64,000 nucleotides of DNA from assembly GCA_963665325.3 (NCBI GenBank), contig OZ224045.1, positions 2,304,001 to 2,368,000 on the forward strand, read 5' to 3'. This document shows positions 19,401 through 30,343 of this stretch, in pieces; position 1 is the first letter of the stretch, and every line of letters begins with the position of its first letter. The notes below the pieces were generated by a model. It saw nothing but the letters and a program-made list of their open reading frames with translations. It did no database searches and had not been told where the DNA came from. The DNA is from Alphaproteobacteria bacterium. Lineage in GTDB: Bacteria; Pseudomonadota; Alphaproteobacteria; Bin95. The translations under genes and the position numbers were made by a program.

Positions 19401-21263
19401 GTCGAGGAAGGCCCGGACGCGAAGCTCGCCTTCGTCATCACACTCGATCGTGCGGTCTCGTGGACGGTGACGGTGCAGGCCTCGACCTCCGACGGCACCG
19501 CGGTGGCGGGCGAGGACTATCGCGCGAAGACCCTGACCAAGACCTTGGCCCCGGGGGAGACGCGGAAGGTTGCGGTGATACGGGTGCTCGACGACAGCCA
19601 CGACGAGGGCACCGAGACGATGACGCTCACGCTCTCGAACCCGGTGGGGGCGTATATCGCGGACGGCGAGGCGGTTGGCACGATCACCAACTCCGACCTG
19701 ATGCCGCAGGCATGGCTGGCGCGCTTCGGGCGCACGGTTGCGGACCAGGTGATCGACGCGGTGGAGGGCCGGATGACGGCGGCGCGGTCACCGGGGACGG
19801 CGGTGACGGTTGCGGGCCGGCGGATCGGGTCCGGGGCAGACGCGGCGGCGCTGGAAGAGGACGAGGCGCGGGCGGGTCTCCAGGCGCTGTCGGACTGGTT
19901 CCGGGGGGTCGAGGAGGAAGAGAACCAGCCGGAGAGCCGAGCGCTGACGAACCGGGACCTGCTGGCGGGCTCGTCGTTCTCGCTCTCTGGCGGCTCGGCG
20001 GAGACCGGCTTTGGAGCCGTGTGGGGCCGGGGTGCGGTCTCGCGCTTTGACGGTCGCGAGGGCGACCTGACGCTGGACGGCGAGGTCGAGAGCGCGCTGC
20101 TGGGGACGGACTATGCGCGGGGCCGGGGGATGCTGGGGCTTGTGCTGTCGCACAGCCGCGGCGAGGGCGGCTACCGGGCGCCGTCGGGCGGCGGGGCGGT
20201 GGAATCGACGCTGACCGGGGTCTATCCCTGGGGCCGCTACGAGGTGAGCGAGCGGCTGTCGGCCTGGGGCCTGGTGGGCTACGGCGCGGGCACGCTGACG
20301 CTGAGGCCGGCAGGCCAGACGGCGATCGAGACCGACATGGACCTTTCGATGGCGGCGGTGGGCGCTCGCGGCGTGCTGGCCCGGGCGCCGGCCAGTGGCG
20401 GCCTCGAGATAGCGGCGACGTCGGATGCGATGGCGGTGCGCACGACCTCGGAGGAGGTGCGGGGGAGCCGCGGCAGCCTTGCGGCCTCGGAGGCCGACGT
20501 GACGCGGTTGCGTGTGGGCCTGGAGGGCGCGTGGCGCGGTCCCGGGACGGAAGGCGGCGGCTCGTTCGTGCCGAGCGTCGAGATCGGGATGCGCCATGAC
20601 GGGGGCGATGCGGAGACGGGGTTCGGCGCGGACATAGGCGCGGGCCTTGCGTGGACGGACCCGGGTCTGGGGATCGAGGCGCAGCTGAGCGCGCGGGGTC
20701 TGCTGACGCATGAGGACGGGGACTTCGACGACCGCGGGTTTGCGGGTTCGCTGGCCTGGGACCCGGAGCCTTCGTCCGAGCGGGGTCCGTCGCTGACGCT
20801 GAGCCAGACGGTGGGCGGGTCCGCGACAGGCGGTGCGGACGCGCTGCTGCGCCCCGATACCGCGCGCCTGTTCGAGGCGGCCAACGAGGACGACGATGAG
20901 CTTGACCGGCGGCGTTTCGAGGCGCGGCTCGGCTATGGCTGGGCGTCCTTCGGCGGTCGCTACACGACGGTGCCGGCGATCGGGGTCGGGCTGACGGAGG
21001 CGGTGCGGGAATATATCCACTCCTGGCGCCTGGTGGAGGCGGGGAGCGCGGGTCTGAAGCTCGGGCTCGACGTGGAGGCGGTCCGGCTGGAGCGCGTGAC
21101 GGGCGATGCGGCGCCGGAGCACCGGCTGGTGCTGGGGCTCGGCTGGCGGCTCGAGGGCGCGCGGGCGGTTGCGTTCGAGACCCGTCTCGAGGCCTCGCGT
21201 CACGATCCCGCCAACGACAATGCCGAGCACCGCATCGGCCTCACGCTGACCGCGCGGTGGTAG
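16440..21263 (+). CDS. Surface/autotransporter-like protein, copy 3 (intact; SRCR, Calx-beta, barrel type B)
   Basis: 1607 aa; extended signal peptide ending AQA-Q, TLVSN N-terminal domain, SRCR at ~18230-18650, C-terminal TARW. Confidence 0.88.
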   Translation: MRGPGRFVFFDSTPERKPGAGRSITRLWVRAFAAPVLAAGLSMASAAFFATSAQAQTSDVTLVSNIGLSTAGNHGRTEPLAQRFNTGAAPLGYMLTSVVVEYINNEAGSVSAKVCTVTGADQPTSTCTDFTAPSIPDGGNRTFTAPGDGMFLAPSMKYTVVLTPDETNALIYYRTTANDNEDSGKLPGWNIAGEYRVYNGTSWVSDDDSHALKIRLRGSIVRTVGPNANATGAPDITGPAQVGQRLRAQMGDIADPDGLPSGTFPDGYSFQWIRVDSSDNETDIAGATSDTYTPVTPGDLGHTLKVQVFFFDGDSMGEALTSAATNPVVPGAAPCSAESVWCTVLTSGTLAALGGDPPTVGFRGGGAFGGLVDDTFTFGGTTYSVTELTSNGASAINLNTAPLLPADGGGLTLHVQKLMGTLDLALADAFGSPHTGASWNWNGVVGTGPGNPVLLRMFRRINERYQEGTDPGTRVTVWLSPPPGVSFEEPTYLAYEAGEGAPVTVTLTPAPTSPVTIPITATGQGGATSADWDGIPSILTFAAGESSKTFMVKAVEDAAAEEGERVELGFGTLPTGTPEGYRTTTEVHFFDRASPGDVRLVGGNGLPTADGRGRLQVFYQRQWGTVCDDRMEGSFNIYGNRGNVLRTVPNHAPALACQLMGYETGEDIPLGPFRKRSSVPEPIWLDDLRCEERNVMMYGEESGRHWTGELPTQLDHCFHAGIGRDNCTHDEDVALQCTGVNPNIGNQVVAEPLRVAFVDVPKTGHDGETAFTFGLDFSEAVAITAEDMRDHALDVSGATVTSAALADGRDDLWEFTLEPSGTDNVVITVAGKDSCSDTGALCTALGAGLENRLSTVIPYVPAPAEAGLTAEFLDVPDEHDGSSAFTVRLVYSEPVFDGTEPFHKNRSVRDALSVSGGSATKAVRVDADSYDQWTITIRPTDHNPVTVTLPAGGDCATGPCTDDGQTLSQEVSATIEGPPGLSVADAEVEEGPDAKLAFVITLDRAVSWTVTVQASTSDGTAVAGEDYRAKTLTKTLAPGETRKVAVIRVLDDSHDEGTETMTLTLSNPVGAYIADGEAVGTITNSDLMPQAWLARFGRTVADQVIDAVEGRMTAARSPGTAVTVAGRRIGSGADAAALEEDEARAGLQALSDWFRGVEEEENQPESRALTNRDLLAGSSFSLSGGSAETGFGAVWGRGAVSRFDGREGDLTLDGEVESALLGTDYARGRGMLGLVLSHSRGEGGYRAPSGGGAVESTLTGVYPWGRYEVSERLSAWGLVGYGAGTLTLRPAGQTAIETDMDLSMAAVGARGVLARAPASGGLEIAATSDAMAVRTTSEEVRGSRGSLAASEADVTRLRVGLEGAWRGPGTEGGGSFVPSVEIGMRHDGGDAETGFGADIGAGLAWTDPGLGIEAQLSARGLLTHEDGDFDDRGFAGSLAWDPEPSSERGPSLTLSQTVGGSATGGADALLRPDTARLFEAANEDDDELDRRRFEARLGYGWASFGGRYTTVPAIGVGLTEAVREYIHSWRLVEAGSAGLKLGLDVEAVRLERVTGDAAPEHRLVLGLGWRLEGARAVAFETRLEASRHDPANDNAEHRIGLTLTARW

Positions 21264-21268
21264 AGGGG

Positions 21269-21297
21269 GTGCGGGGATTGTCCGCAACGTCCCGCAC
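21269..21297 (+). terminator. Hairpin downstream of barrel-B genes (also at ~33493-33521)
   Basis: GTGCGGG(G/A)...TCCCGCAC inverted repeat immediately after the stop in both copies; no U-tract. Confidence 0.45.
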
Positions 21298-21599
21298 TGC
21301 CGTGCCTGGCCTGCCGGAATCGACCCCGATAAGACTGAATTCCGGCCCGGCGACCGTGAACCGGCCCGGAACGGGCGCGGCCAGAGGGAGCACAAACCGC
21401 CGAAAACCCGGCGTTTTCTTCCCATAAAGCCCCTTATCCAACACGAAGAACCCCCGCCAGAGCGAGGGAGGGGGTGAAGGTGACTGCTTTACCGAGCTGC
21501 TTCAGCTCGTGGCTTCATTGGAGACCTCCATTCGGGGACGTGTGCAGCGCCGGACGTGTGCAGCGCCAGACCCTTGCACTGCCGTGCGGGTCCCTTCAA

Positions 21600-21828
21600 T
21601 GACCGCGCGATGGTGACCGGCCAGCGGCCATAGCGGCTGTCGCGGGCGGCGCGGATCGTCGGCCGGGTCGCCGGAACGAAGCGCCCGTCGGCCCGTGCAA
21701 ACTCGCTCCGGGCGTTCAAAAGTCCCTCTACCTGCCCGAATTCGACAAATTTTCTTCCATTTCCTCCCGTTTGGGAGGCGCGCCGATATTCGGAAACGGC
21801 ATAGTTTGCGCCTCTGTCGAGTGAACGG
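21600..21828 (+). repeat. Conserved adhesin leader, copy 2, starting with the last codons (TARW*) of a lost barrel gene
   Basis: Homologous to 16184-16416. Confidence 0.8.
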
Positions 21829-24800
21829 CATCGGTGTTTTCGCCTGCGAGAGTTCTGTCTGTCGCGAACGAAAAGACAAGGGGTGTAGCGATGCGTTCCG
21901 GGGGGTGGGGACAAAAGACCGTCTGCGGCAAGCCGGTGGGGCGTCCGGCGCGCTGGCGGAGGGAGGGGATCGCCCGGCGTCGCCGCAAGCGCGCGGCAAG
22001 CATCCTCATGGCGGGCCTGCTGGCGGCGTTCGCGGTCCTGTTCGCCCCGCCCGCCCAGGCGCAGACCACGACCACGCTGGTCAGCAACACCGGCCAGTCG
22101 ACGAGCGCGAGCGAATTCATCGGCATCGGCGACCACGACAAGATCAGCACCCAGGGGTTTCGCACCGGGCCGAGCGCGGGCGGGTTCAGGCTCGATTCGG
22201 TGGGGGTCTTCGTCCACAACGAGGACCTCGAGTCGGGCGAGGAGATGATCGCCCACATCTACACCGCGAACGCGAGCGGCGGCGCGGACACGCTGGTGCA
22301 CACCCTGACCTCGCCGGCCAGCTACACCGACGCGGCGGTGAACACCTTCACCGCGCCGATGGGCGCGATGCTCGACGCGAACACCGACTACCTGGTGGTG
22401 TTCGAGGGGAAGGGCAGCGCAGGCAACGATTTCCAGCTGCGCCTGACCGACGCCGATGCGCAGGACTCCGGCGCCGCGATGCGCTGGAGCATCGAGAACG
22501 CGCGGCGGCGCAACGACAACCTGGTGAGCGCCGCCGACGCGTTCATGATCGCCGTGAACGGCGAGGCGCTCTGCGCCAGTACCGACGACGTCTGGTGCGC
22601 GACGTTGCGGCCGGTCACCATCGCGAGCGTGCTCGGCTGCGGCAACGACGTGTCGGGCTCGCACTGTACCAACAGCAACAGGCTGAGCGAGGACGAATTC
22701 GATTACGACGGCACCGACTTCGCGGTCCACACGATCTGGGACCGTCCCACCGGGCGATTGGAGTTCGAGATCAATCCCGGCCCGAGCGCCGCGGCTACCG
22801 CGGTCCTGGTGCTGGACATCGACGGGGAGTCCTTTGCCCTGAAGGACGCCTCGAAGTCCGGCGGCAACTTCCAGTGGGCCAACGCCGATCTGAGCTGGTC
22901 CACGGGCACCGACGTCGCCCTGTCGCTGCGCGAAGGGACAGGGACTCCTGCGTCCACCGACCCGACGCTGACCGCTCTGGCGCTCGAGGACACGGGCGGC
23001 AACACGGTCGCGCTCAGCCCGGCGTTCGCCACCAACACGGACACCTACCGGGCGAACGTGGCCGGCACGGTGAGCCGGATCACCATCGAGGCGACGCCGG
23101 CCAATTCCGCCGCGACGGTGGCGTATCTCGACGCCGATGACGCCGAGCTCACCGACGCGGCGTCGGCCACCGGGTTTCAGGTCGACCTCTCGCAGGGCGA
23201 GAACGTCATCAAGGCGGAGGTGACGGCCGGGGACACGGTGACCACCGAGGTCTACACGGTGACGGTGGTACGCGGGAACATCGCGGCCACCGGTGCGCCG
23301 GACATCACGGGGCGGGCTCGGGTGGGCGACACACTGGGGGCGAGCCCGGGCGACATCGCTGACAGCAACGGGTTGACGAAGGCCGAGGCGGACACCGCCG
23401 GCTACGCTTACACCTACCAGTGGATTCGGGTGGCCACCGACAGCACCGAAACCGACATCGCGGGCGAGACGGGGGCGGAATACACCGTGGTGGCGGCGGA
23501 CCTGGGCCTGACGCTCAAGGTGCGGGCGAGCTTCAAGGACGATGCGGACAACGCGGAGATGCGCACGAGCGCCGCGACCGCGACGGTGCAGCCGGCGACG
23601 GGCTGCCTGGCAGATACGGTGCGGCTGCGGGGCGGGAACGTCGAGAGCGAAGGCGAGGTGGAGTACTGCCGCGACAACGAGTGGCGCAACGTCTGCGACG
23701 ACATGTGGGACAAGAAGGACGCCAACGTAGCGTGCCGCATGGCGGGCTACCCGGATGGGGCGAAATCGGCCACGACCCGGTCGACCTTCATCTCGGCTCA
23801 CAATGTGAAGTTCTGGCTCGACGACGTCGACTGCGACGGCAGCGAGACTTCGCTCGCCGACTGCGGCCACGTCGGCTGGGGCGTGAGCGACTGCCGGTTC
23901 AGCGAGCGCGCGGGGGTGCGCTGCAAGGTGCCGGCGTCGACCGACGCGACGCTGAGCGGGCTCACGCTTACCGACACCGATAGCAACACCGTCGCGCTCA
24001 ACGAGACCTTCGCCTCCGCCACCACGACCTACACGGCGAGCGTGACCAACGCGGTGAGCCGGGTGACGGTGGCGGCGACGACGAGCGATGCGAACGCGAC
24101 GGTGGCCTGGCTCGCCGGCAACGACGCGGCGCTGACCGACGCGGACACGGAAGCCACCGGTTTCCAGGTCGACCTTGGCCCGGGCGCGAACGTCATCAAG
24201 GCCAAGGTGACGGCCCAGGACACCATGGCCACGCAGACCTACCAGGTGACGGTGACGCGCGCGACGGCCGCCGGGTGCACGGACACCGACGCCATCTGGT
24301 GCGCTACGCTCACGGTGGGGGAGCAAGTGACTTCTGGCGTGACGGCCGGATACGGATTCGTTGATTTGGCCACCGACGTCGGCGCGCTCTCCGACACGGA
24401 CTTCACCTACGGCGGGACGCCGTACGCCATCAAAGCGTTAGGTATCGGTCCGGATACCAATCCGGAACTGTTTTTCCGGTTAGACCCGCACGGGCGGAGG
24501 GTCTTCGCCGACGCCAGGTTCACGCTGCATATCGGGACCGGTACGTTCTCCTTCGGAGACGCCACATTCGACAACGGTTCGATGCGGCGGAACTTCCAAT
24601 GGGACAGCACCGGCCTGAGCTGGTCCGTCGGCGACACGATCACGGTCAAGCTGACCGAGTCGGCGGCCGCCGACACGAGGCTGAGCGAGCTCACGGTTGC
24701 GGACACCGACGGCAACGCCATCGAGCTCACGCCCGCCTTCGCGCCGGACACGCTCGCCTACGCGGCCGAGTTGGCGAACACGGTGGCCACAGTGACGGTG

Positions 24801-27800
24801 ACGGCGGCGCCGACCGGCACGAACGCGACGCTCGAGTGGCTCGACGGCGACGACGCGGCGCTCACCGACGCGGACACCGCCGAGGGTTTCCAGGTCGACC
24901 TCGTGGTGGGCGACAACGTCGTCAAGGCGAAGGTGACGGCCGAGGACACCGTCAACATCAAGACCTACGAGTTGACGCTCACGCGCCTCGCGTCGGGCCC
25001 GGCGACGGGGGCGCCCGAGATAACCGGACCCGCGCAGGTGGGCCGCTCGCTCAAGGCGCTTGAGGGGACCATCGCAGACGGCGACGGCATCGAGGACGCG
25101 ACCTTCGCCTGGCAGTGGATCCGGGTGGACGCCTCGGACAATCCGACGGACATCACGGGGGCGACGTCTGACACCTACACGCCGGTGCAGGCCGACGAGG
25201 GTCAGACGCTCAAGGTGCGGGCGAGCTTCAGCGACGACGTCGGCAACCCCGAGACGCTCACCAGCGCCGCGACCTCACCGGTAGTGCCCGACGCGGCGCC
25301 CTGCCCGGCGGGGGCGGTGTGGTGCACGGTGCTGACGTCGGGCGGAGGCGATGACGAGAGTGCATCGTCCGGCTTCAGCACGGGCCGCGGCGGTCTCGGG
25401 GCCATCGGCAGCCTCGTCGACGACACCTTCACCTTTGATGGGACCGCCTATACGGTGACCGACGTCGTCGCAGTCGGCGGCCATGCCATCTATCTTGGAA
25501 CCGAGCCGGACCTTCCCGATGACGGCGGAGGACTGACCCTGCACGTTCAGCGGCTCACCGGCACCCTCGACCTGGTGCTGGCTGACGGGAGCCTGAGTTT
25601 TCAGGGCGGCTTGGTGGGCGGCAATGCCTGGGAATTCTCTGGCGCCACCGAGATCGGTGAGGGCAATCCGTCGCTCCTGCGTACAGTTTCCCGGGTTAAC
25701 GGCCGCTACTTCTTGAAAACCGACCCCGGCACCCGCATCATGGTGCGCCTGAGCTTACCCGTGGGGGCGAGTTTCGGGAGCGCGGAGTACACCGCGACAG
25801 AGGGCGGCGCGGACGCGACGGTGACGGTGACGCTGACCCCGCCGCCGACCTCCTCGGTGACGATACCCATCACGGCAACCGGCCAGGGCGGGGCGACTTC
25901 GGCGGACTGGACCGGCATCCCGCCGACCCTGCACTTCCTCGCGGGCCAGTCGAGCAATACGTTCACGGTGAGCGCGGTGAACGACACCGACGAGGACGAG
26001 GGCGAGAGCGTGCTGCTCGCCTTCGGCGCGCTGCCCTCAGGGGTGCCGGAAGGCCTCCGGCCGACGGCGGTGGTGCAGCTCGTGGACGACGACAGCGCCG
26101 TGCCGGGCGAGTTTCAGCTTATCGGCATGGACGGTATGCCGGCCACCGACGGCAGGGGTCTCGTGCAGGGGTTCTACCGGACGCAGGTGGGCACGGATGA
26201 GGAGCAAAGCGGGTGGGGCACGGTGTGCGACGACCGCATCGACCGCGGCTTCACGGACTATGACAGCGGGGACTGGGTGGACAAAAACTACGCGCCGACG
26301 CTCCTCTGCAAGCTGATGGACAAGGGCTACAACAAGGGCGAGCTGATCGACAGTGGTCCGTACCGCCTGGCGGACGACAACGACCCGCGGCCGATCTGGG
26401 TGGACGACCTGCGTTGCAAGGAGGGCGCGACGAAGCTCGACGACTGCTACCACGCCGGAATCGGGCTGAACAACTGCACGCACCGCGAGGACGTGGCGCT
26501 GTTCTGCTCAACCGTTGTGCTACAGACGGTGATCGAGCCGCTGCGGGTGGCGTTTGTGGACGTTCCGAAGACGGGCCATGACGGCGAGACGGCGTTCACG
26601 TTCGGGCTCGACTTCAGCGAGGCGGTGGCGATCACGGCCGAGGACATGCGCGACCACGCGCTGGAGGTGAGCGGGGCGACAGTGACCTCGGCGGCGCTGG
26701 CGGACGGGCGCGACGACCTGTGGGAGTTCACGCTCGAGCCCTCGGGCACCGATAACGTGGTCATCACGGTGTCGGGGAAGGACAGTTGCTCGGACACCGG
26801 GGCGCTGTGCACGTCGCTCGGGGCGGGGCTGGAGAACCGGCTTTCGACGGTGCTTCCCTACGTGCCGCCGGCGGAGGCGGGTCTGACGGCGGAGTTCCTG
26901 GACGTTCCGGAGAAGCACAGCGGCGACAGTGACTCGACGATCAGGCTGGAGCTGTTGTTCAGCGAGGACGTGAAGGTCTCGAACAACCGGATGCGCAGGC
27001 AGATCCTGAAGCTCCAGAACGCCACGCTTGAAGAGGCGCGCCGGATCGACCGCCGCAAGGACTACTGGGAGTTCAGGCTGCGGCCGACCTCGCACCGCGC
27101 GATCGTGCTGTCGCTCGCGTCTGCGGAGGAATGCGGGGCTCGGGACGTGATCTGCACGTTCGACGGGAACCCGCTCTCGGAGCCGGCCACGGCGACGATC
27201 GTCGGCCCGCCGGGCCTGTCGGTGGCGGACGCGGAGGTCGAGGAAGGCCCGGACGCGAAGCTCGCCTTCCCGATCACGCTCGACCGCGCGGTCTCGTGGA
27301 CGGTGACGGTGCAGGCCTCGACCTCGGACGGCACGGCGGTTGCGGGGGAGGACTATCGCGCGAAGACCCTGACCAAGACCTTCGCTCCGGGCGAGACGAG
27401 GAAGGTTGCGGTGATACGGGTGCTGGATGACAGCCACAACGAGGGAACCGAGACGATGACGCTCACGCTCTCGAACCCGGTGGGGGCGTATATTGCGGAC
27501 GGCGAGGCGGTGGGCACGATCACCAACTCCGACCACATGCCGCAGGCGTGGCTTGCGCGGTTCGGGCGCACGGTTGCGGACCAGGTGATCGATGCAGTGG
27601 AGGGCCGGATGACGGCGGCGCGGTCACCGGGGACGGCGGTGGCGGTTGCGGGCCAGCGGATCGGGTCCGGGGCAGACGCGGCGGCGCTGGAAGAGGACGA
27701 GGCGCGGGCGGGTCTCCAGGCGCTGTCGGACTGGTTCCGGGGGGTCGAGGAGGAAGAGAACGGGCCGGAGAGCCGTGCGCTGACGAACCGGGACCTGCTG

Positions 27801-28514
27801 GCGGGCACGTCGTTCTCGCTGACCGGCGGGACCGGGGAGACCGGCTTCGGTTCCGTGTGGGGCCGGGGCGCGGTCTCGCGCTTCGACGGGCGCGAGGGCG
27901 ATCTGACGCTGGACGGCGAGGTGGAGAGCGCGCTGCTGGGGACGGACTATGCGCGGGGCCGGGGGATGCTGGGGCTGGTGCTGTCGCACAGCCGCGGCGA
28001 GGGCGGCTACCGGGCGCCGTCTGGCGGCGGGGCTGTGGAATCGACGCTGACCGGGGTCTATCCCTGGGGCCGCTACGAGGTGAGCGAACGGCTGTCGGCC
28101 TGGGGGGTGGTGGGCTACGGCGCGGGCACGCTGACGCTGAGGCCGGCAGGCCAGACGGCGATCGAGACGGACATGGACCTTTCGATGGCGGCGGTGGGCG
28201 CTCGCGGCGTGCTGGCCGAGGCGCCGGCCGGTGGCGGCCTTTGAGTGTGCTCTCGGTATCTGATGGCGGGATGGTCACGTTGTTCGATGGTTTTCAGGCG
28301 TCGGGCCGGGCGTGACGGCGGGGGTGTCGGACGGCCGTCGGCGCGTCAAGCCGCTTCGCGGCTCCTGCGCTGCGCTCCGGCCCTTCGGGTGACCCGCCGC
28401 CGTCCCTCCGACGGAGTGCATCCATGGCCGTAAGCAAGCTTCCGGCCACGGGCCGGCCGCTTTACGCAGTGTGACAATGGGAGCGGTGTTACCCGTTACC
28501 GTTACCCTCTCTCC

Positions 28515-29513
28515 CTAGGGGTTCGAGGCGGTAACGGTTTTCGGTAACGTGTCCCTGCGGTCGTTGCCGTTGAGGGCGGCGAGGCGGTATCCGCCTTCGG
28601 ATGCGCGCTCGACGCGTCCTTCGCGGACGAGCCTGTGCAGCGCCTCGGCGACGGTTGCGGGCCGGGTTGCCGCGCGCTCGCGGATCCGGCGCTGGGAGAG
28701 CGGCGCGTCGGCGTCGGCGAGGGCCTGCAGGATGCGCCGTTCGGGGGTATCCGGCTCCGGCGCCTGGTCTTCCGGCGTCTCGCGCAACCGCAGGGCGGGG
28801 CGCTCGTCGTCGTCGGCGAGTTCGATCTCGAGGTCTTCGAGGCCAGGGGCGTCGCGATGCTCGACGGTCATGAGGATCTGGCGGTCTCGCCGGCGCAGGT
28901 ACAGATTCGAATCGCCCCAGGCGTGAAGTTCGCTGCTGCCGCGCAGCGCCTGCCCGGGCCGGGAGCCGCCGCTCTTTCGTGCGTGATGGACGAGGAGGAC
29001 GGCGGTTTCGAAGCGGCGCTGTATGTCGCGCAGGAAGCCCAGCATGGGGGCGACCTCGGCGACGGTATTTTCGTCGACGCCGTGCAGGCGCACGAGGGGG
29101 TCGAGGACGACGAGGCGGGGTGAGACGCGCTCCACCGTCTCGACCAGGCGCTGGCGATCGGCGCGATGGTCGAGACGCAGCGTGGGCACGTCGATGACGG
29201 CGATGTCGAGGGTCTCGAACGCGGTGCCTGCCGCCTTTGCGATGCCCTGGAGGCGTGCGCGCACGATATGGCCGGCGTCCTCGGCGGCGAACAGCAGCAC
29301 GGGGCCGCTTGCGGCGGGACGGAAGTGGCGCAGGCAGGGGACGCCGGCGGCGACCGCGACGGCGATGTCGAGTGCGAGGAAGGATTTGCCGCACTTGGGC
29401 TCGCCGCCGACGATGCCGACGCCCTGCTCGGACCACAACGCCTCGACCATCCAGCGGCGCGCCTGGGGGCGCTCTTCGAGCTCCGCCGGCGCCCGTGTCG
29501 GGAAGCCCTTCAC
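28515..29513 (-). CDS. AAA_25/RepA-like RecA-fold helicase-ATPase with C-terminal HTH
   Basis: GEPKCGKS, LFAAED, VVLDPL, LLVHH, LRGSS; GTGA overlap with the upstream stop. Confidence 0.83.
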   Translation of the reverse strand: MKGFPTRAPAELEERPQARRWMVEALWSEQGVGIVGGEPKCGKSFLALDIAVAVAAGVPCLRHFRPAASGPVLLFAAEDAGHIVRARLQGIAKAAGTAFETLDIAVIDVPTLRLDHRADRQRLVETVERVSPRLVVLDPLVRLHGVDENTVAEVAPMLGFLRDIQRRFETAVLLVHHARKSGGSRPGQALRGSSELHAWGDSNLYLRRRDRQILMTVEHRDAPGLEDLEIELADDDERPALRLRETPEDQAPEPDTPERRILQALADADAPLSQRRIRERAATRPATVAEALHRLVREGRVERASEGGYRLAALNGNDRRDTLPKTVTASNP

Positions 29514-30343
29514 CGCCGCGCCCTCCTCGGCTTGGCGGGTTCGCCCAGGGTCTCGATGAAGAGCTTCTCGTCGAGGACCTCGCGCTCCTTCTCGGCGGCG
29601 GCGGCGAGCAGGGCGTCGGCCATGACGGTGAGCGCCCGCGGGTTGCCGTCGGCATGGGCGACCAGGGTGTCCTTGAGGCCCGCGGTCATGAGGCCGGGAT
29701 TGCCGGCCTGCTCGATCAGATGGTCGAGCAGGGCCGCGAGGTCGCCGGCCTCGGCCTTGGTCATGACCAGGCGCTGGCGGATGCGCGAGGCGATGGGCTG
29801 CAGATCGGGCTGGCGGAGCTTGTCGAGCAGGCGCGTGTCGCCGGCGAGGACGACCGAGAGGATGGCGCGCGAGTCGAAGTCGGTCGAAGCCAGCAGGCGG
29901 ATCTCGGAGAACACCGAGGGCAGCAGCTCCTGGGCCTCGTCGACGAGCACGACGGGGCGCATGCGGGTATCGTCGACATGGGCGAGCCAGCGCTCGCGCA
30001 GGCTTTTGAAGCTGGCCCAGCGGTTGTTGTACATCAGGTCGACGCCGAACATCTCGCCGATCTCGCGGTAGAAGTCGGACAGCCGGGAGGAGGGATGGGT
30101 GATGGCGGCGATGCTGAGCCCCTCGCAGCGGCCGAGACGGTCGGCGAGCAGGCGCAACGCCACACTCTTTCCGGCGCCGGGCTCGCCGGCGATCAAGGCG
30201 AAGCCGCCCTGGCGCACCAGGTGGCGCTCGATCCTGAGGCAGAAGCTGTCGACGGCAGGCGTCGCCATGAGACTGTCGACCGGCAGGTCGGTGGCGAAGG
30301 GGTTCCACTTGAGCCCGTAGAAGGTGAGCAGTTCCCGGTTCAT
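29510..30343 (-). CDS. ExeA-like AAA+ ATPase (transposition helper)
   Basis: YGLKWNPF, GEPGAGKS, VLVDEAQ, GNPR. Confidence 0.87.
   Translation of the reverse strand: MNRELLTFYGLKWNPFATDLPVDSLMATPAVDSFCLRIERHLVRQGGFALIAGEPGAGKSVALRLLADRLGRCEGLSIAAITHPSSRLSDFYREIGEMFGVDLMYNNRWASFKSLRERWLAHVDDTRMRPVVLVDEAQELLPSVFSEIRLLASTDFDSRAILSVVLAGDTRLLDKLRQPDLQPIASRIRQRLVMTKAEAGDLAALLDHLIEQAGNPGLMTAGLKDTLVAHADGNPRALTVMADALLAAAAEKEREVLDEKLFIETLGEPAKPRRARR

Noticed and set aside
8701-27536. Long minus-strand ORFs (8701-11256, 17646-19601, 19788-21425, 21489-24326, 26520-27536)
   Set aside because: These are antisense shadows of high-GC genes, Arg/Ala-rich with no motifs.
29510-30343. ExeA as part of a type II secretion system
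   Set aside because: No other secretion genes are present, and it is coupled to a transposase inside TSD-bounded DNA.
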